A stretch of DNA of 64,000 nt from Octopus vulgaris (lineage: Eukaryota), in assembly GCA_951406725.2 (NCBI GenBank), contig OX597830.1, positions 24,180,001 to 24,244,000 of the forward strand, given 5' to 3'. The translations under genes were made by a program, and so were the position numbers. Of the stretch, positions 41,313 to 55,481 are shown piece after piece. The notes beneath the pieces are model-generated. The model was given only the letters and a program-made list of their open reading frames with translations, was not told the origin of the DNA and made no database searches. Position 1 is the first letter of the stretch. Each line of letters begins with the position of its first letter.

Positions 41313-41730
41313 GGTGATGGTGGTGGTGGTGGTGGTGGTAGTGGTGGTGGTGGTGGTGGTGGTGGTGGTGGTGGTGGTGGTGGTGGTGGTGTTGGTGGTA
41401 GTGGTGGTAGTGGTGGTGGTGTTGGTTGTGGTGCTGAGATGGTGGTGGTAGTGGTGATGATGATTGTGGTGATGGTTGTGGTGATAGTGGTGAAGTGGTA
41501 GTGGCGGCGGTGTGGTGTTGGTGTTGTTGTTGTTGGTGGTGGTCGATGTTGTCATCCTCCTCATGGTGGTGAAAGTGGTGAACAAAATTATATTGCTTCT
41601 GCCTTGAAGCTCAAATTGTTGTTGGTGGTTTATGGTGGTGGGATGACGTGGTCGTCGTCGCGGTAGTAGTGATGGTGGTGGCGGTGGTGATATCAGTGGT
41701 TGTGATGGCAGTGGTGGTGGCGGCAATAGG
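41313..41730 (+). repeat. (GGT)n and degenerate derivatives
   Basis: Direct reading. Confidence 0.9.
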
Positions 41731-41939
41731 TGGAAGCAGTGAGAGTAGTTATATAACTAATGTTCACTTCAAATCGGTGGTGGTGGTGGCTGCGGCGGTT
41801 GTGCTGGTTATGAGGGAGGAACGTTTTGACAGAACACAAAATCCACAAATGAATAAAGGATGTTAATTGTTCCGGAATGCTTAATTACGTGGAATTTGTT
41901 GATCTTACTATTTATCAATCTACCTATTTATCGACCTAA

Positions 41940-42023
<84 letters not shown>

Positions 42024-42034
42024 TGATCGCTCTC

Positions 42035-42065
<31 letters not shown>

Positions 42066-42249
42066 TTATATATATATATATGTGTGTGGGTGGGTGGGTG
42101 TGTGTGTCTGTATGTGTGTATGTATGCGTCTATCCATCCATCTATCTGTCAATCAATCTATCTAGCTATCTATCTATACACATGCATACATCCACACAGT
42201 GTTCAACTTCCATAATCTTTTACTAATCTCTTGAGGAATTCGCTGAATT

Positions 42250-43080
42250 CAGGTTGTAATCCTTAACATTTTCTGCCCCGGTCTGACATCCCGGATTTTA
42301 ACAAGGATGTAGGTCACTCCCAGTGAGTTGCTGTCCAATCTCATTCCACTGTTCATATCGTTAAAGTATTCAAGAGAGTGATAAGATAAAAAAAAAAATA
42401 ACAAACTTCCCGGAGAAAAATCATCTCATTGATTCCACAGAACACAGCCTGCTTTGTGTCAGGCGATTGCCAAACACAGATCTTCAATTTGATGCTATAT
42501 TAAATGCTCTGCGAGAGAGATACAATACAAATGTTATTTATCATGACTTCAATAAACCTTTCAACAGAGTCGACCACACAATTCTGTTGAAGAAATTATC
42601 TAGTATTGGAGTTTATGCTAAGCTACTGCAATGTATTAAATACTTATTGACAAACAAAACCCAATATGTTGCGATGGAGGTAATTTACTGAAGGCTGGCA
42701 AAAGCCATTAGTTGTGTCCGCTCGCATACTGTCGTAGGCCCACTTCTATATATTATTTACAGAAACGACGTAGATCATATCATCAAACCTGCCAAAATAT
42801 ATACGTTTGTAAATGGCTCTAAGCTCCAGAAAGCCATCTAGGGAGATTTTGGGCGCGTAGAATTTGAACCTGATCTATATAATATGATTCTTTGGGTATA
42901 AAAGCAACTTCCTGCTATAGGCAAAATTTTAGTTTCTCCACTTTAGAAAAGAGAATATGATTAAACTACCATATCTATTTCGCTGAAGTGAGCTCCTTGT
43001 AGCGTCAAATAATACCAGAGAATTGGATGTAGCTATGGACAACAAGAGAGTCGATATGGAACGCAGATGCGCTCATACAT
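42250..43080 (+). mobile_element. CR1/L2-group LINE reverse transcriptase remnant
   Basis: NVIYHDFNKPFNRVDHTILLKKLSSIGVYAKLLQCIKYLLTNKTQYV...VVGPLLYIIYRND (~DFxKAFDxVxH...GPLLFxIYIND). Confidence 0.8.
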
Positions 43081-43224
43081 ACTTAAAACTTCCTTGTCTA
43101 AAGATATATAATTATAGAGACAGAGTGAGGATTGCGTGAAGACACAAAAAATAATTTGTTGTTAGAATTGCTTTCATTGCATTGGACAATTACTAGCTCA
43201 TAAAAATATATAGTGTGTTTATTA

Positions 43225-43271
<47 letters not shown>

Positions 43272-43273
<2 letters not shown>

Positions 43274-43765
43274 TTATCATGTACATTGTTTTGTCTTGGT
43301 ATAAAAGATGGGCTACAGCAAATATTCTGCTCAATACAACAGATTTGCTTGTCAGTTGTTTGACCCTAACCAGTTGAGCATGTCCCTTAGTGGCTGACGA
43401 TATGTGCATCTCTGATCACGAGCAGAAGTAGTGGGGGAGCATCATAGCCATGTGTTGAGAGGGATTCTTTGGGGTTTGAATAATTCACCTCTGGAAACAT
43501 GGGTGGTTCTTTCAACATCCTTAAACAACCCTTATTCAGGAACTTTTTAAGCGGGATGGGCTACTCAACCTGAAGAAAATTCTAACTGAGCCCCACCTGC
43601 AAGGTCATGCGCTGTTTATCTTGATATGAGATCACCATGTCGCGCACATATGGTTGTGATGCATGTGCCTAGTGTACCTTTATCAGACAGGTAGTCATGA
43701 TGGGTATATTGGGCTTCGTATATTTTACTCCAGTGTCACTTTGATGGCATGAACTGCTCTCTCAC

Positions 43766-43766
<1 letters not shown>
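43272..43766 (+). mobile_element. SINE family D, 5'-truncated, inside (AAT)n
   Basis: Matches body and tail of 39725-40575; (AAT)n at 43225-43271 and 43767-43822. Confidence 0.8.
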
Positions 43767-43822
<56 letters not shown>

Positions 43823-43825
<3 letters not shown>

Positions 43826-44033
43826 TATTCAGACAAATACATAACAAAAATACCAGGACTTACAAACACATATAACATACAGAAAATTGCACTGCTAGGC
43901 ACTGCACACATCCTACGCAGAACACTTTCCATACAATAACCATCAGAGCATCACAACAAATCACAGCACATACCCAAGGCACACAGAGCTGCGCTCGGTA
44001 GTGAAGTGAAAGCACGCTATAAAAATAAAACTA

Positions 44034-44036
<3 letters not shown>
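43823..44036 (+). mobile_element. R4/Dong 3' end in (TAA)n
   Basis: KYSDKYITKIPGLTNTYNIQKIALLGTAHILRRTLSIQ* plus 3' UTR ending aaactactgaataat. Confidence 0.88.
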
Positions 44037-44096
<60 letters not shown>

Positions 44097-44098
<2 letters not shown>

Positions 44099-44226
44099 AT
44101 CCTACGCAGAACACTTTCCATACAATAACCATCAGAGCATCACAACAAATCACAGCACATACCCAAGGCACACAGAGCTGCGCTCGGTAGTGAAGTGAAA
44201 GCACGCTATAAAAATAATAATACTGA
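44097..44226 (+). mobile_element. Second, shorter R4/Dong 3' end in the same (TAA)n array
   Basis: Near-identical to 43908-44036; (AAT)n on both sides. Confidence 0.88.
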
Positions 44227-44232
44227 ATAATG

Positions 44233-44283
<51 letters not shown>

Positions 44284-44533
44284 GTAATAATAATAATGGT
44301 GATGATGATGATGATGATGATGATGACGACGACGACGACGACGATGATGATGATGATAATAATGTTCCCAAACAACCCTTATTTTAGTTCTGTTGACACT
44401 ACCGGATTGAATGGTACTGTCCAGGTGCTGAAACCATTGTGATTTCCGTATGGCAGCTGATGATTGAGATGTGCTGGATTGTTTGTATGGTCGTTATTGT
44501 ATGTGTACAATAGTTTTATAAGGCATCTGTTTA

Positions 44534-44598
<65 letters not shown>

Positions 44599-44599
44599 A

Positions 44600-45838
44600 C
44601 AAATCCGCACAAAACTAGACACCAATATCTAAGCCTTCGATCTTTTTGCGGGCGCCTGCCAGCACGCTGTGGTTCGGTTTAACTTTTCCAGGCGTCTCCG
44701 TCATCTGAACATCTCCCCAGCCGAACTCTCGGCCCCTCGATGTCTCCGACGCCGCACTGACATCATCATAAAACCGGCCGACAAGGGTGGATCCGTGGTG
44801 GTTTGGCGCACGGACCTCTACAAATCCGAAGCTCTCCGCCAACTTCAAGACACCTCCTTCTATTGCCCTCTTCCCTCTGACCCCATGCCCAGCCACCAAC
44901 TGACTGTGTCCTCCACTATCCATGACCTTATCTCCTCTTCCCGTCTCCCCCACCGCCTCCAACCTCATTTTCTGCACCCCTCGCACCCCCCACAATTTAC
45001 TTCCTCCCCCAAATCCACAAACCTAATAACTCTGGCCGTCCCCATCGTCTTCGCTTGCAACTGTCCTACCGAACTCATCTCCAGATATCTTGACTGTGTC
45101 CTTTCCCCCTAGTGGCTTCCCTCCCCTATCACATCCATGACACCATGCGCTTCGTTTCTTCAACTCTTTCTCCTTCCCTCCTGGCCCCTTTAAACTTTTC
45201 TTCACTCTCGACCCTATCATATCACCGACTCCTTCACCTGCACTTCTACCAATGTCATCTACTGTATCTCCTGCTCTCTCTGCCCTTCTCTATACATCGG
45301 GCAAATGGGACACCGCTCGGCTGACCGGTTCCCGGGACACCACCGAGACATCCGACTCGGTAATAACACCCCGGTCTCGCGCCATTTACGCTCTACCGGT
45401 CACTCTTTGCAAAACCTGTTTGGATTGTCCTTGTACAGGGGCCATCAGGACTCCCGTTTGCGCCGTGAACAGAGATTAATCTTCTCTCTTCGCTCCTATG
45501 TGCCACATGGGATCAACTCTCTTCCCCTCTTCTCCTTTCTTCTCCTCTCTCCCTCTCAAACCTACTTCCTCCCACCCACCTCTCCTCTCTTGCTCCGTCT
45601 CCTACTTCTTCCTAGCTCTCTTGTGTGACCCCTCTGTCCGGCATTCACCATGATAGATCGCTAACCACTACACATTCTTTATTTTCTCTCCTTGTTTCTT
45701 TCTGTGTTCCTTTCTATGGAAGAGCGTAGGCTCGAAACGTTGAAGACTTTTTCACTTCCCGAGCGTTAAACTAATACATCTGTTCCTTGTCTACACCACC
45801 TGTCTTCGTCTTTTGTTTTTTTGTGTGAATTCTCTCCT
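44600..45838 (+). mobile_element. Penelope-like element, RT core deleted, GIY-YIG and pLTR retained
   Basis: DIIIKPADKGGSVVV...PKIHKPNNSGRPIV..CPTELISRYLD, then NVIYCISCSLCPSLYIGQMGHR.ADRF..H.RDI...PVSRH...REQRLIF...PHGIN; terminal region with hammerhead-like motif near 45710-45748. Confidence 0.9.
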
Positions 45839-46194
45839 AATTAGGTTATCTATAAAGAAAACAAAACAATACCAATGTAAGCACGATATCCACAAAAACT
45901 TTCCATTTTACGAGAAATAAAGACAATCCATAACGACAAGACAAAAATATAAGAAATTCCCATTCGAGATAAACGCAGCTTCATTCCCATCATCAACTGC
46001 ACAAATGGATATTACTGCGGTCGACACCTTGGCAAAGAAGTGGGGGGTGAGAGAGCAGACGTTTTGTCCATTCGCTTACATTTATTTCCTGTTCTTGTTA
46101 GTCATATAAGAGATAATACATCAACATTAGTATGCATATGAAGTGTACGTATAAACCTATATGAAAATGAATATATATACATGAGTATGAAAAC

Positions 46195-46251
<57 letters not shown>

Positions 46252-47269
46252 TGTATATATCTATACATACACACAACAAACACACACAGAGGTGTTGAGA
46301 AGGGAACTAACGGACTAATCAGCAGAGTGGTTTGTATATTCAACACTTTATATGTTGGTGTTGGATTTTCAGAACAACGCCAAGGTTCACTCTGAAATTA
46401 ACCATGGTCTTTCTTGATAGCCATACGCCAGGATGAGAGCTTAATGTGAGATCTTCGAATTCTTGTTACTACCATATATATGTGAGAAACAGAGGGAGTG
46501 AGGGAGGGAGAGAAAGAGAGAGAGAGAGATAACATCAATAACTACCGAATGTATGGAAGGTATGGAAGGGATGAAAGGAAAGTGGACTGTCGCTTGATTT
46601 GATAGAGAAGCAGAATTGTATAACATAAGGCCTTTTGTCCTGCGCTGTGCCCTCTTGGCCATGATACCTATCACGAAGTTGCTCAAAGTGACGCAAACGA
46701 AAATAATTGATTTCAGCCAATGGAAATTGACGATGCAATTTAGTTATTAATATATGACACACACACACATACATACACATACAAACATAGACACATAGGC
46801 ACGTAGCACACACGAACGCACAAACAGACGTACGCCCAGCGTGCATCGCACATCAACAATATCACACGCCGCAAATCGATATCACACAACAACACATATC
46901 AATAATGTCACACATCAAACATCAATATTATCACAGGTCCACAGATTGATAATGATATCACACGTCACACATCAGGAAGGACAGTAATAACAATCATGAC
47001 AGAAGGTTACAAACTGAGATTTGGTGGGAGGCGGAGTCGCGTAGAGATGGCGGAGAAGCGGGTGGAGGTGGGTGATGGTGGCGGAACTGGGGTGGTTGGG
47101 AGAGATTAGCCGATTCGATCGACCTCATTGAATACTTTGAAAATCGAACCATCAAAATCGATTAGTCGGAGGTGGATCTCTAGTCAGCCAAACTTGTCGC
47201 GACCCCCCCCCCCCACGCACCGCAACAATTTATTATTGTCACACATTCGCACAGTAGTAGTAGTAGTAC

Positions 47270-47319
<50 letters not shown>

Positions 47320-47445
47320 CTGATTGTTTTTGGTTATGATTCGTGTAAACCAATATACATATATAAATCGACGAATGTATGTATGCCCATATATGTATAT
47401 GTGTGTGTGTGTGTCTGTCTATGCTTGTGTGTGTATGTATATAAG

Positions 47446-47525
<80 letters not shown>

Positions 47526-47579
47526 GTACGTATCTATATATCATATATATATATATGTCTATATATGATATATATACAT

Positions 47580-47707
<128 letters not shown>

Positions 47708-47773
47708 TAGCTGAAGGTGACCCGATCTACGCGCGGGTAAGAGTGTGGTATATATATATATAAATGTATACAA

Positions 47774-47823
<50 letters not shown>

Positions 47824-47919
47824 CAGATATATACACTTTGTATATATATATTATATATACATATTTATATATAGATACACACACACAAACACACACATAT
47901 ATATAAATTAATTTCATTT

Positions 47920-48078
47920 TTGAGGCCTCTGCTAATGTCCTGTGTAAGTGGTCGTCATTGAGAAGTAGTCCGCGCCTCAAACATGCTTCCCTGTAAATGG
48001 CGCAGATGATACCATCAGCCGTGCGAAGATCAGCAAAAGACTTCGGTCCAGTAACTACATGAAGCAGCATTCTCAAAA
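47920..48078 (-). pseudogene. Helitron RepHel fragment
   Basis: [53 protein letters not shown] matches the conserved LRxLLxxVxGPxSFxDLRT..TFREAC..GLL.DD linker between Rep and helicase. Confidence 0.85.
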
Positions 48079-48121
48079 ATGCTGGTGGAATACACAGCAT
48101 TCTCAAAAATGTTGGTGGAAT

Positions 48122-48400
48122 GCAGCGCTGCCTTGACTGGCTTCTGTGCTGGTGGCACGTAAAAAGCACCAACCGATCGTGGCCGCTGCCAGCACCCCTG
48201 GCACCTGTGCCGGCGGCACGAAAAAAGCACCCACTACGCTCACAGAGTGGTTGGCGTTAGGAAGGGCATCCACCAGTAGAAACACTGCCAGATCAGACTG
48301 GAGCCTGGTGCAGCCTCCTGGCTTCCCAGACCCCTGTCAAACTGTCCAACCCGTGCTAGCACAGAAAACGGACGTTAAACGATGATGATGATGATGATGA
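48122..48400 (+). mobile_element. RTE-type retroposon 3' end with (GAT)n tail
   Basis: ggttggcgttaggaagggcatcc...ccaacccgtgctagc...aaacggacgttaaacgatgatgatg. Confidence 0.7.
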
Positions 48401-49090
48401 TTCTCCCTCTTTGTTTCTCTCTCCTTTCTCTCTCACTTTCCCACTCTCTTACTCTTCCTTTCTCTCGGACTCTACCTCGCTTTCTCTTACTCTCTATCTT
48501 TATCTATCTCTCTCCCATTTATAAACATCAAAAGATCTTGAGTAAGTTGAGAAATAAAATATTTAGAAAGATCAATCATAAATATCAGGCAGTAACAACG
48601 GAAAGGTCTGCTTCAAGGCAGACAGCAAAACACTGACATTTAAAAGGGACAGACGAACTTGCGAGCTGAATAAAAATAATAAAATATTGGAAACCAAAGT
48701 TTGAAGGGATAGAATTTGAGGATAGTAGAGTCACCATGGCTGGCATTTCTTAACGACGGGCAGCAACGTATTGACAGTTCAACGGCTGGCGTAAAATTAT
48801 GAACTTGATGTAAAAGAAAATCCCTAAAAACCAAGTTTTGAATTGATTCTTTCTCACGACAGTAGACTCACGATGGCAAGCATTCAAAACTTCTTCATCA
48901 TGGACGGCAACACATTGACGATTAAAAGGCTGGCGCAAATTTTTTAGCTTGATGTAACAGAGAATTGCTAAACACCCGCTCCTTTAAATTTTAATCCCCT
49001 TCCAGCCCCATTTAGACCCCTTTTCACATTTTGGTTAATATAACCCGATTTCATTTGGGTCTACTGGGGCCACATTTTATAAGATGAGGA

Positions 49091-49427
49091 CTCAACCAAG
49101 TTTCCCGAGTTCTGGTCATAGACCATAGAACTCTCAACCAAGTTTCCCGAGCACTGGTCATAGACCATAGAACACTGAACCAAGTTTCCCGAGTTCTGGT
49201 CATAGACCATAGAACACTCAAGCAAGTTTCCCGAGTTCTGGTCATAGACCATAGAACACTCAAGCAAGTTTCCCGAGTTCTGGTCATAGACCATAGAACA
49301 CTCAAGCAAGTTTCCCGAGTTTCTGGTCATAGACCATAGAACACTCAAGCAAGTTTCCCGAGTTCTGGTCATAGACCATAGAACACTCAAGCAAATTTCC
49401 CGAGTTCTGGTCATAGACCATAGAACA
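49091..49427. repeat. 42-bp minisatellite, 8 copies
   Basis: Unit ctcaagcaagtttcccgagttctggtcatagaccatagaaca. Confidence 0.95.
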
Positions 49428-51081
49428 CTTAGCTAAAATCTAGTTTCTACCTAGTCTGAACCAATCAATCCGCCGCAGTCTTTATCCACACAGAGCTTAC
49501 TCAACCATGTTCCAGTTCCAGCGACAGACGACCAGACCAGCCAGTCATGTTCCTGCTCCAGCCAATGACGACGCTAACATACACCAGCAACGCCACCGAC
49601 GCCTTCATCTCAACGTCGCCTTTCTCTGCCGTCGCCATCACCATCGTCGTCCTTCACCTTCACGTCGTCTCCATCTCCGCCGCCTTCATCTCCAGCAACA
49701 CTGATATGTACATAGCACTCATTCAGGTTTAGCTTTCATGCTGTTATGATTTTCACCGAGGTTAACAGCAGAACACTACCTGCGAGATCTTCTGTACCAA
49801 TGTAACCTGGCACAGCATTGAAGCCACAACCACTACAGGACATGTGTTCAACTGGCATCTGCACTTGTGATCCGAACATCCTGTTACAGAATGAACTGCT
49901 ATTATGTACTTTACTACAAACTGGTAAATTAACTCCATCTTGTCTGAAATACCCTGAGAGACTTTTCCTATGCGCTGTATTTTGTTTTGCCCGCATACAC
50001 CTTGTTTGTACTTCTGTCGCACACACGAACACACATAGTTAATACACACACAAATGCTATCTCTGTCACATTCATACGCTACACATGCCTTTCTCGCTTG
50101 TTTTCCATGCTCAATGTGCCCTTGTAAACACAACTCATCTCTGTAAGACCCTAGGTCGGTCACGCATACATAGAGAAAGTTGTTTGTCCCTTACAACGCG
50201 CCAGCATGCCACACTTTTGTTCCTGCACGACCGAGGCATATAATAGCTCAAGCACTGGCTGGCAGCCTCAGCCTTACCGCATTAATCACTGGGATATTCA
50301 ATACTGTACACTGTATTTCAGCCTAGCAAGCCCTATTGCACTCAAGCACCTCTGTTCTGCACGTGTACTCCCTTGTTTTGCAACACGTCTGCGTCAGCTC
50401 AATTCTTCTCCCGAATCAAAGCACGTCGGATGTTCACATGCGCTGCGCTCATGTGTAGGCATAATTTCCCCCTGTTAGACCCCTGTTGGTCACGTAATTA
50501 ACAGAGAAAATTATGTCTCGCACCCAAGTTGCACCCAAAAAATGTAAAGAAGCAACCAGTTCCCTTTACGTAACTATCAAAAAGTATTAAAAAGTTTAAT
50601 ATACATAAATACAGATATATACACTTTGTATATATACATTATATATACATATTTATATATAGAACACACACACATGTATATAAACGCTCGTTGGTGTGTT
50701 CTGTTTGTATTTGGTCGATGGGCGCGTTGACAGGTAGACAATAGAATGCGGTGGCGATGGCGATGGAATATTTGTTTCTCTGTACAGAGATACATGAGTA
50801 AAAATTATGGGAAGCTAAGAGATAGAGTGAGTGAAAATGTTCTTACATTAAATAACGGGAGTGGGATGAAGGGAGTGAGAGGGTAATATAGGAAATAGCG
50901 TGAGTGAGGAAGATGGCCCCTAGCAACCACACCTTTTAAGATATGGATTTCTAAGGTAGCCCACTGGCATCGTCACCTCATTCTACATGTCCCTGTAAAT
51001 TTTGGAGCGAATCGGACGGGTCGTAGTGGCATTGAAAGCGATCCAAGCGGTAAAAACGCATTTCAGTTTTATATATGTGTG

Positions 51082-51162
<81 letters not shown>

Positions 51163-51212
51163 GCATATATATATGTGAGTATATATATATATATATAAAT
51201 ACCAATACATGT

Positions 51213-51247
<35 letters not shown>

Positions 51248-51643
51248 AACACGCAAATACACATAGCATATAAACACCACAAATCTACCACAACGTAATT
51301 GCTATCTCACACCGCAAACAATAAATCTTACAAACAATTACATTTCTGTGAAACCTTTCCCCAATAAACTAAAACCTTCTCCAAGATTCAAATAATTACA
51401 AGATCCTTAAAGACCTTGGCGTAAAATCCATTACATCAAATATGGTCCCATATCTATATATTATCAAAATAACAAACTATGACCTGTCATAAGGACTCTA
51501 CGCTGTCAAACTAAGTGTAGAAACTTGCATGCAGACACACAGATAAGTATGTATGTTTGTATGTTTATACACATACACACACACTGACATGCAGATATTT
51601 CAAAACTAAAAAGACACCCCTCATGTTATATGTATATGTCAAT

Positions 51644-51689
<46 letters not shown>

Positions 51690-51699
<10 letters not shown>

Positions 51700-51950
51700 A
51701 AATCGTTCTGTCTGTCTGTGTGAGTGTCTTCTAGTATCTCGGGTATCCTCCATCCGATTGTGCTCAAATTTGATATGCAGATACCGACGGTATCAGGGCG
51801 TGTATAAGTCTTGAAAAAATTACAAAAATCGATTGCAGGTGAGAATGCTATCGATAAAGCCGTGGGAACGTGCATTTGTACGCGCAAGTACATCAGCTGT
51901 TGCGATCGATACTACGCGTACACGAGAAAAATGCACGTGCAGTTTGCGCA
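51690..51950 (+). mobile_element. Helitron/DINE-like 5' portion
   Basis: tatatataaaatcgttctgtctgtctg...ccgattgtgctcaaatttgatatg; no 3' CTAG hairpin found. Confidence 0.55.
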
Positions 51951-51963
51951 AAAAAGCCGGCCT

Positions 51964-52132
51964 AACAATTGTTTCATTATTAAATGTAATATGCAATTTT
52001 ACTTACACAACATCTATAAATCTTCAGCAGAGGTTTGTCTTAAATACAATTTATTAAGACAAACCTCTGCTGAAGATTTATGGATGTTGTGTAAGTAAAA
52101 TTGCATATTACATTAATAATGAAACAATTGTT
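51964..52132. repeat. 169-bp fold-back (80/79-bp arms, 10-nt loop)
   Basis: Arms differ by one T-G pair and one 1-nt bulge. Confidence 0.95.
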
Positions 52133-52539
52133 CAGGGTTAATCTATTTTTTCGTTCTGTTTCCCTTACCTTACGTTAAATGTAGTGGTATCTCTACTTAA
52201 AAACAACTTTTAGTGGCTATACCTTTAGCGGAGCTATTTTTAGCACTAGAGTGAACCACATAGTGGTCACTCTAATATTTACGTATAAATTTGTATTTTC
52301 CCTTGGTTTTTATGTGCTAAGCCACTTGGTGTTAAATTGATGGTATTATTAAATTAATATCAAATTTTTCACCCTCATTTATAAATATATATATATATAA
52401 AACTAATGTAGGATAAAAATTTTTTTTCGGGGAAAACAACGAGCTAAGTTCCTAACTGTGTTTTCACTTGGGGCATCTCTCACTTGAAAATGCCAACAAA
52501 ATGCTCTGAGGGTTTCAATAATCGACCCTTGATTTTGAC

Positions 52540-52701
52540 AGACCAATTTCACCCTTTGGGTGCACTGTGCGGTGCCATATTTTTACATGATTAATTTCCT
52601 TGATGTAGTCCATAAAATCCTTGAAAAGAAAAGGAAAATGTCAAAAACTAAAAGAATTATCAACAATTGCAATCCCTCGGTGGCATTTGGGCCACCCTGT
52701 A
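52540..52701. mobile_element. Tc1/mariner-type terminal fragment
   Basis: Ends gggccaccctg|ta (TA-CAGGGTG TIR signature); partner end not found. Confidence 0.4.
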
Positions 52702-52715
52702 TATGTACACACACA

Positions 52716-52958
<243 letters not shown>

Positions 52959-53394
52959 GCAGAAAGAGTGAAGGAGAGACTTAGAAAGAAAAAATTAATG
53001 AAGGAGAGAGAGCAAGGTGTGTGCATGCGTAGGTGAGCGGTTAACAAGAGAAGTGGATCTACGCAAACGTACAAACACGTGTATATATTTTTCCAAGTTA
53101 TAAACGCTATTAAATACCTCTTAACAAATGATAAAACTGGAGATGCGGGGATGGAGTGGGGTAGAAACTAAAGATTCATTTAAAAATCAGCATCTAAAAT
53201 GCATTGTGAAAAGATAAGTTTCATCTCTCAGGTGAAAAACAAAACTTTAATTTTTTTTTTCTTAATAAGTTATCTAACTGTGACACAAAGCAGGAAACCT
53301 ATTTGTATAACGGATAGATATGGAATCAGAAGTGTGCGCGCGCGCATATGTGTGTGTGTCTGTGAGAGAGAGAGAGAGTGAGTGTGTGCGTGTA

Positions 53395-53433
<39 letters not shown>

Positions 53434-53548
53434 GAGAGAGAGAGAGAGAGAAAGAAGTGTGTGTGTGTTGTGTACAAACAAGCTGGTGTGTGCGTATCCG
53501 TGTATAGGTATATGTGTGTGTGCCTATGCATAAGAATGAGTGCATGCG

Positions 53549-53582
<34 letters not shown>

Positions 53583-53665
53583 TATATGTATATGTATGTA
53601 TATATACGTATGTATAAATATGTATATATATAATATGTATATATGTATATATATGTATATGTGTC

Positions 53666-53726
<61 letters not shown>

Positions 53727-54117
53727 CCACACACGTGCGTGTGTATATGTGCACAATTCTATGTTTGTACACATGCACGTCCATGTCGTGTTTATGCCTC
53801 TGTGTTGCGAGTGTGTTTCGTTGTGTTTGTGCGCAGACGCATTTGTATGTGTGTATGGATGTAGCTGAGTGTGTCTGTGTATGGTTTACCAATATTCACG
53901 TGTGTACATACTGTTGACAAGCAATTGAAAGGTTACATACACACACACACAAACACGCACATACACACACACAATACATTTGAGTGAGTGGGTTTGTTTG
54001 ACCAATGCTTAAACACCCACGTATATTTGCTTTCTCTTTATTTCTCCTTCCCTTATTGTGTTCATGTCTCTGTGTGTTTGTGTGTGTGTAGAAAGATAGA
54101 TAGATAGATAGATAGGC

Positions 54118-54155
<38 letters not shown>

Positions 54156-54347
54156 ATAAATAGACAGATAGATAGATACATACATACATACATACATGCA
54201 TACATACATACCCAATATGGAACCGTGTAGGTTACAGCGTGCACGCATGCACACACACATATAAAGATACATATAGAGAGAGAAAAAGAGAGAAAGAGAC
54301 AGACAGACAGAGAGTGAAAAGCAAACACGAATAAACAGATACACACA

Positions 54348-54399
<52 letters not shown>

Positions 54400-54691
54400 A
54401 AGCAAATAATTAGAAAATGGAGAAAACCACAGAATAACAAACACATCGATTGGACCACATTTATAGCTTGTGTTTTAATACAAATCATAGCATAAAAAAT
54501 AGGTGACGTAACATATCTGCATTGGTTCCTGATAAGCTCTTGTTTATCCTGTTGTTATCTGCACTGTACGTGTGTGGTGTGCCTGCATACCATTGCCCGG
54601 GGCTAATACGGGTAACGGATACCGATAGAATATATGGATATGGATATTTTATCCCTTAGTCGGTTACTATAACCGCTAACTCTGTTTACAT

Positions 54692-55095
<404 letters not shown>

Positions 55096-55481
55096 AGAAA
55101 GACAGAGAGAGAGATGGTAAGAGAGAAAACGATTTCTCCGATGAAGGTGTTGACCAATCGCTAGATTATAGGGAAAGGTGAAAATAGTTTTGCATCGTCC
55201 CAGCTTTCCTAAAATGTCCACTAAGACGTCGATAAACTGATACATACTATAACTGGGAATCGATACCGCATCGTAGAATTAGCTCATTGGAAACTGACGG
55301 AAAATTCTCTGTTTCAACCAACTCAATGCTGCATACCACCACAGAAATATATAAGTGTGGGGAGAGGGTAATAAATATTGAGGGACATTCATTCAGTTGT
55401 CGTAAGTTTCGCAGCAATTGCTTTAATCGGAATTCGAAGCTACTTTGCTTGACGTTTTATGGCATGTATTAAAAAGAACAG

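Noticed and set aside
41055-41726. Gly-rich and Thr-rich ORFs
   Set aside because: (GGT)n microsatellite translations
44615-44995. 126-aa minus-strand ORF
   Set aside because: Antisense shadow of the Penelope RT region
49091-49427. CRISPR-like hairpin repeat array
   Set aside because: Linkers are constant rather than unique spacers, no cas genes, eukaryotic Helitron context
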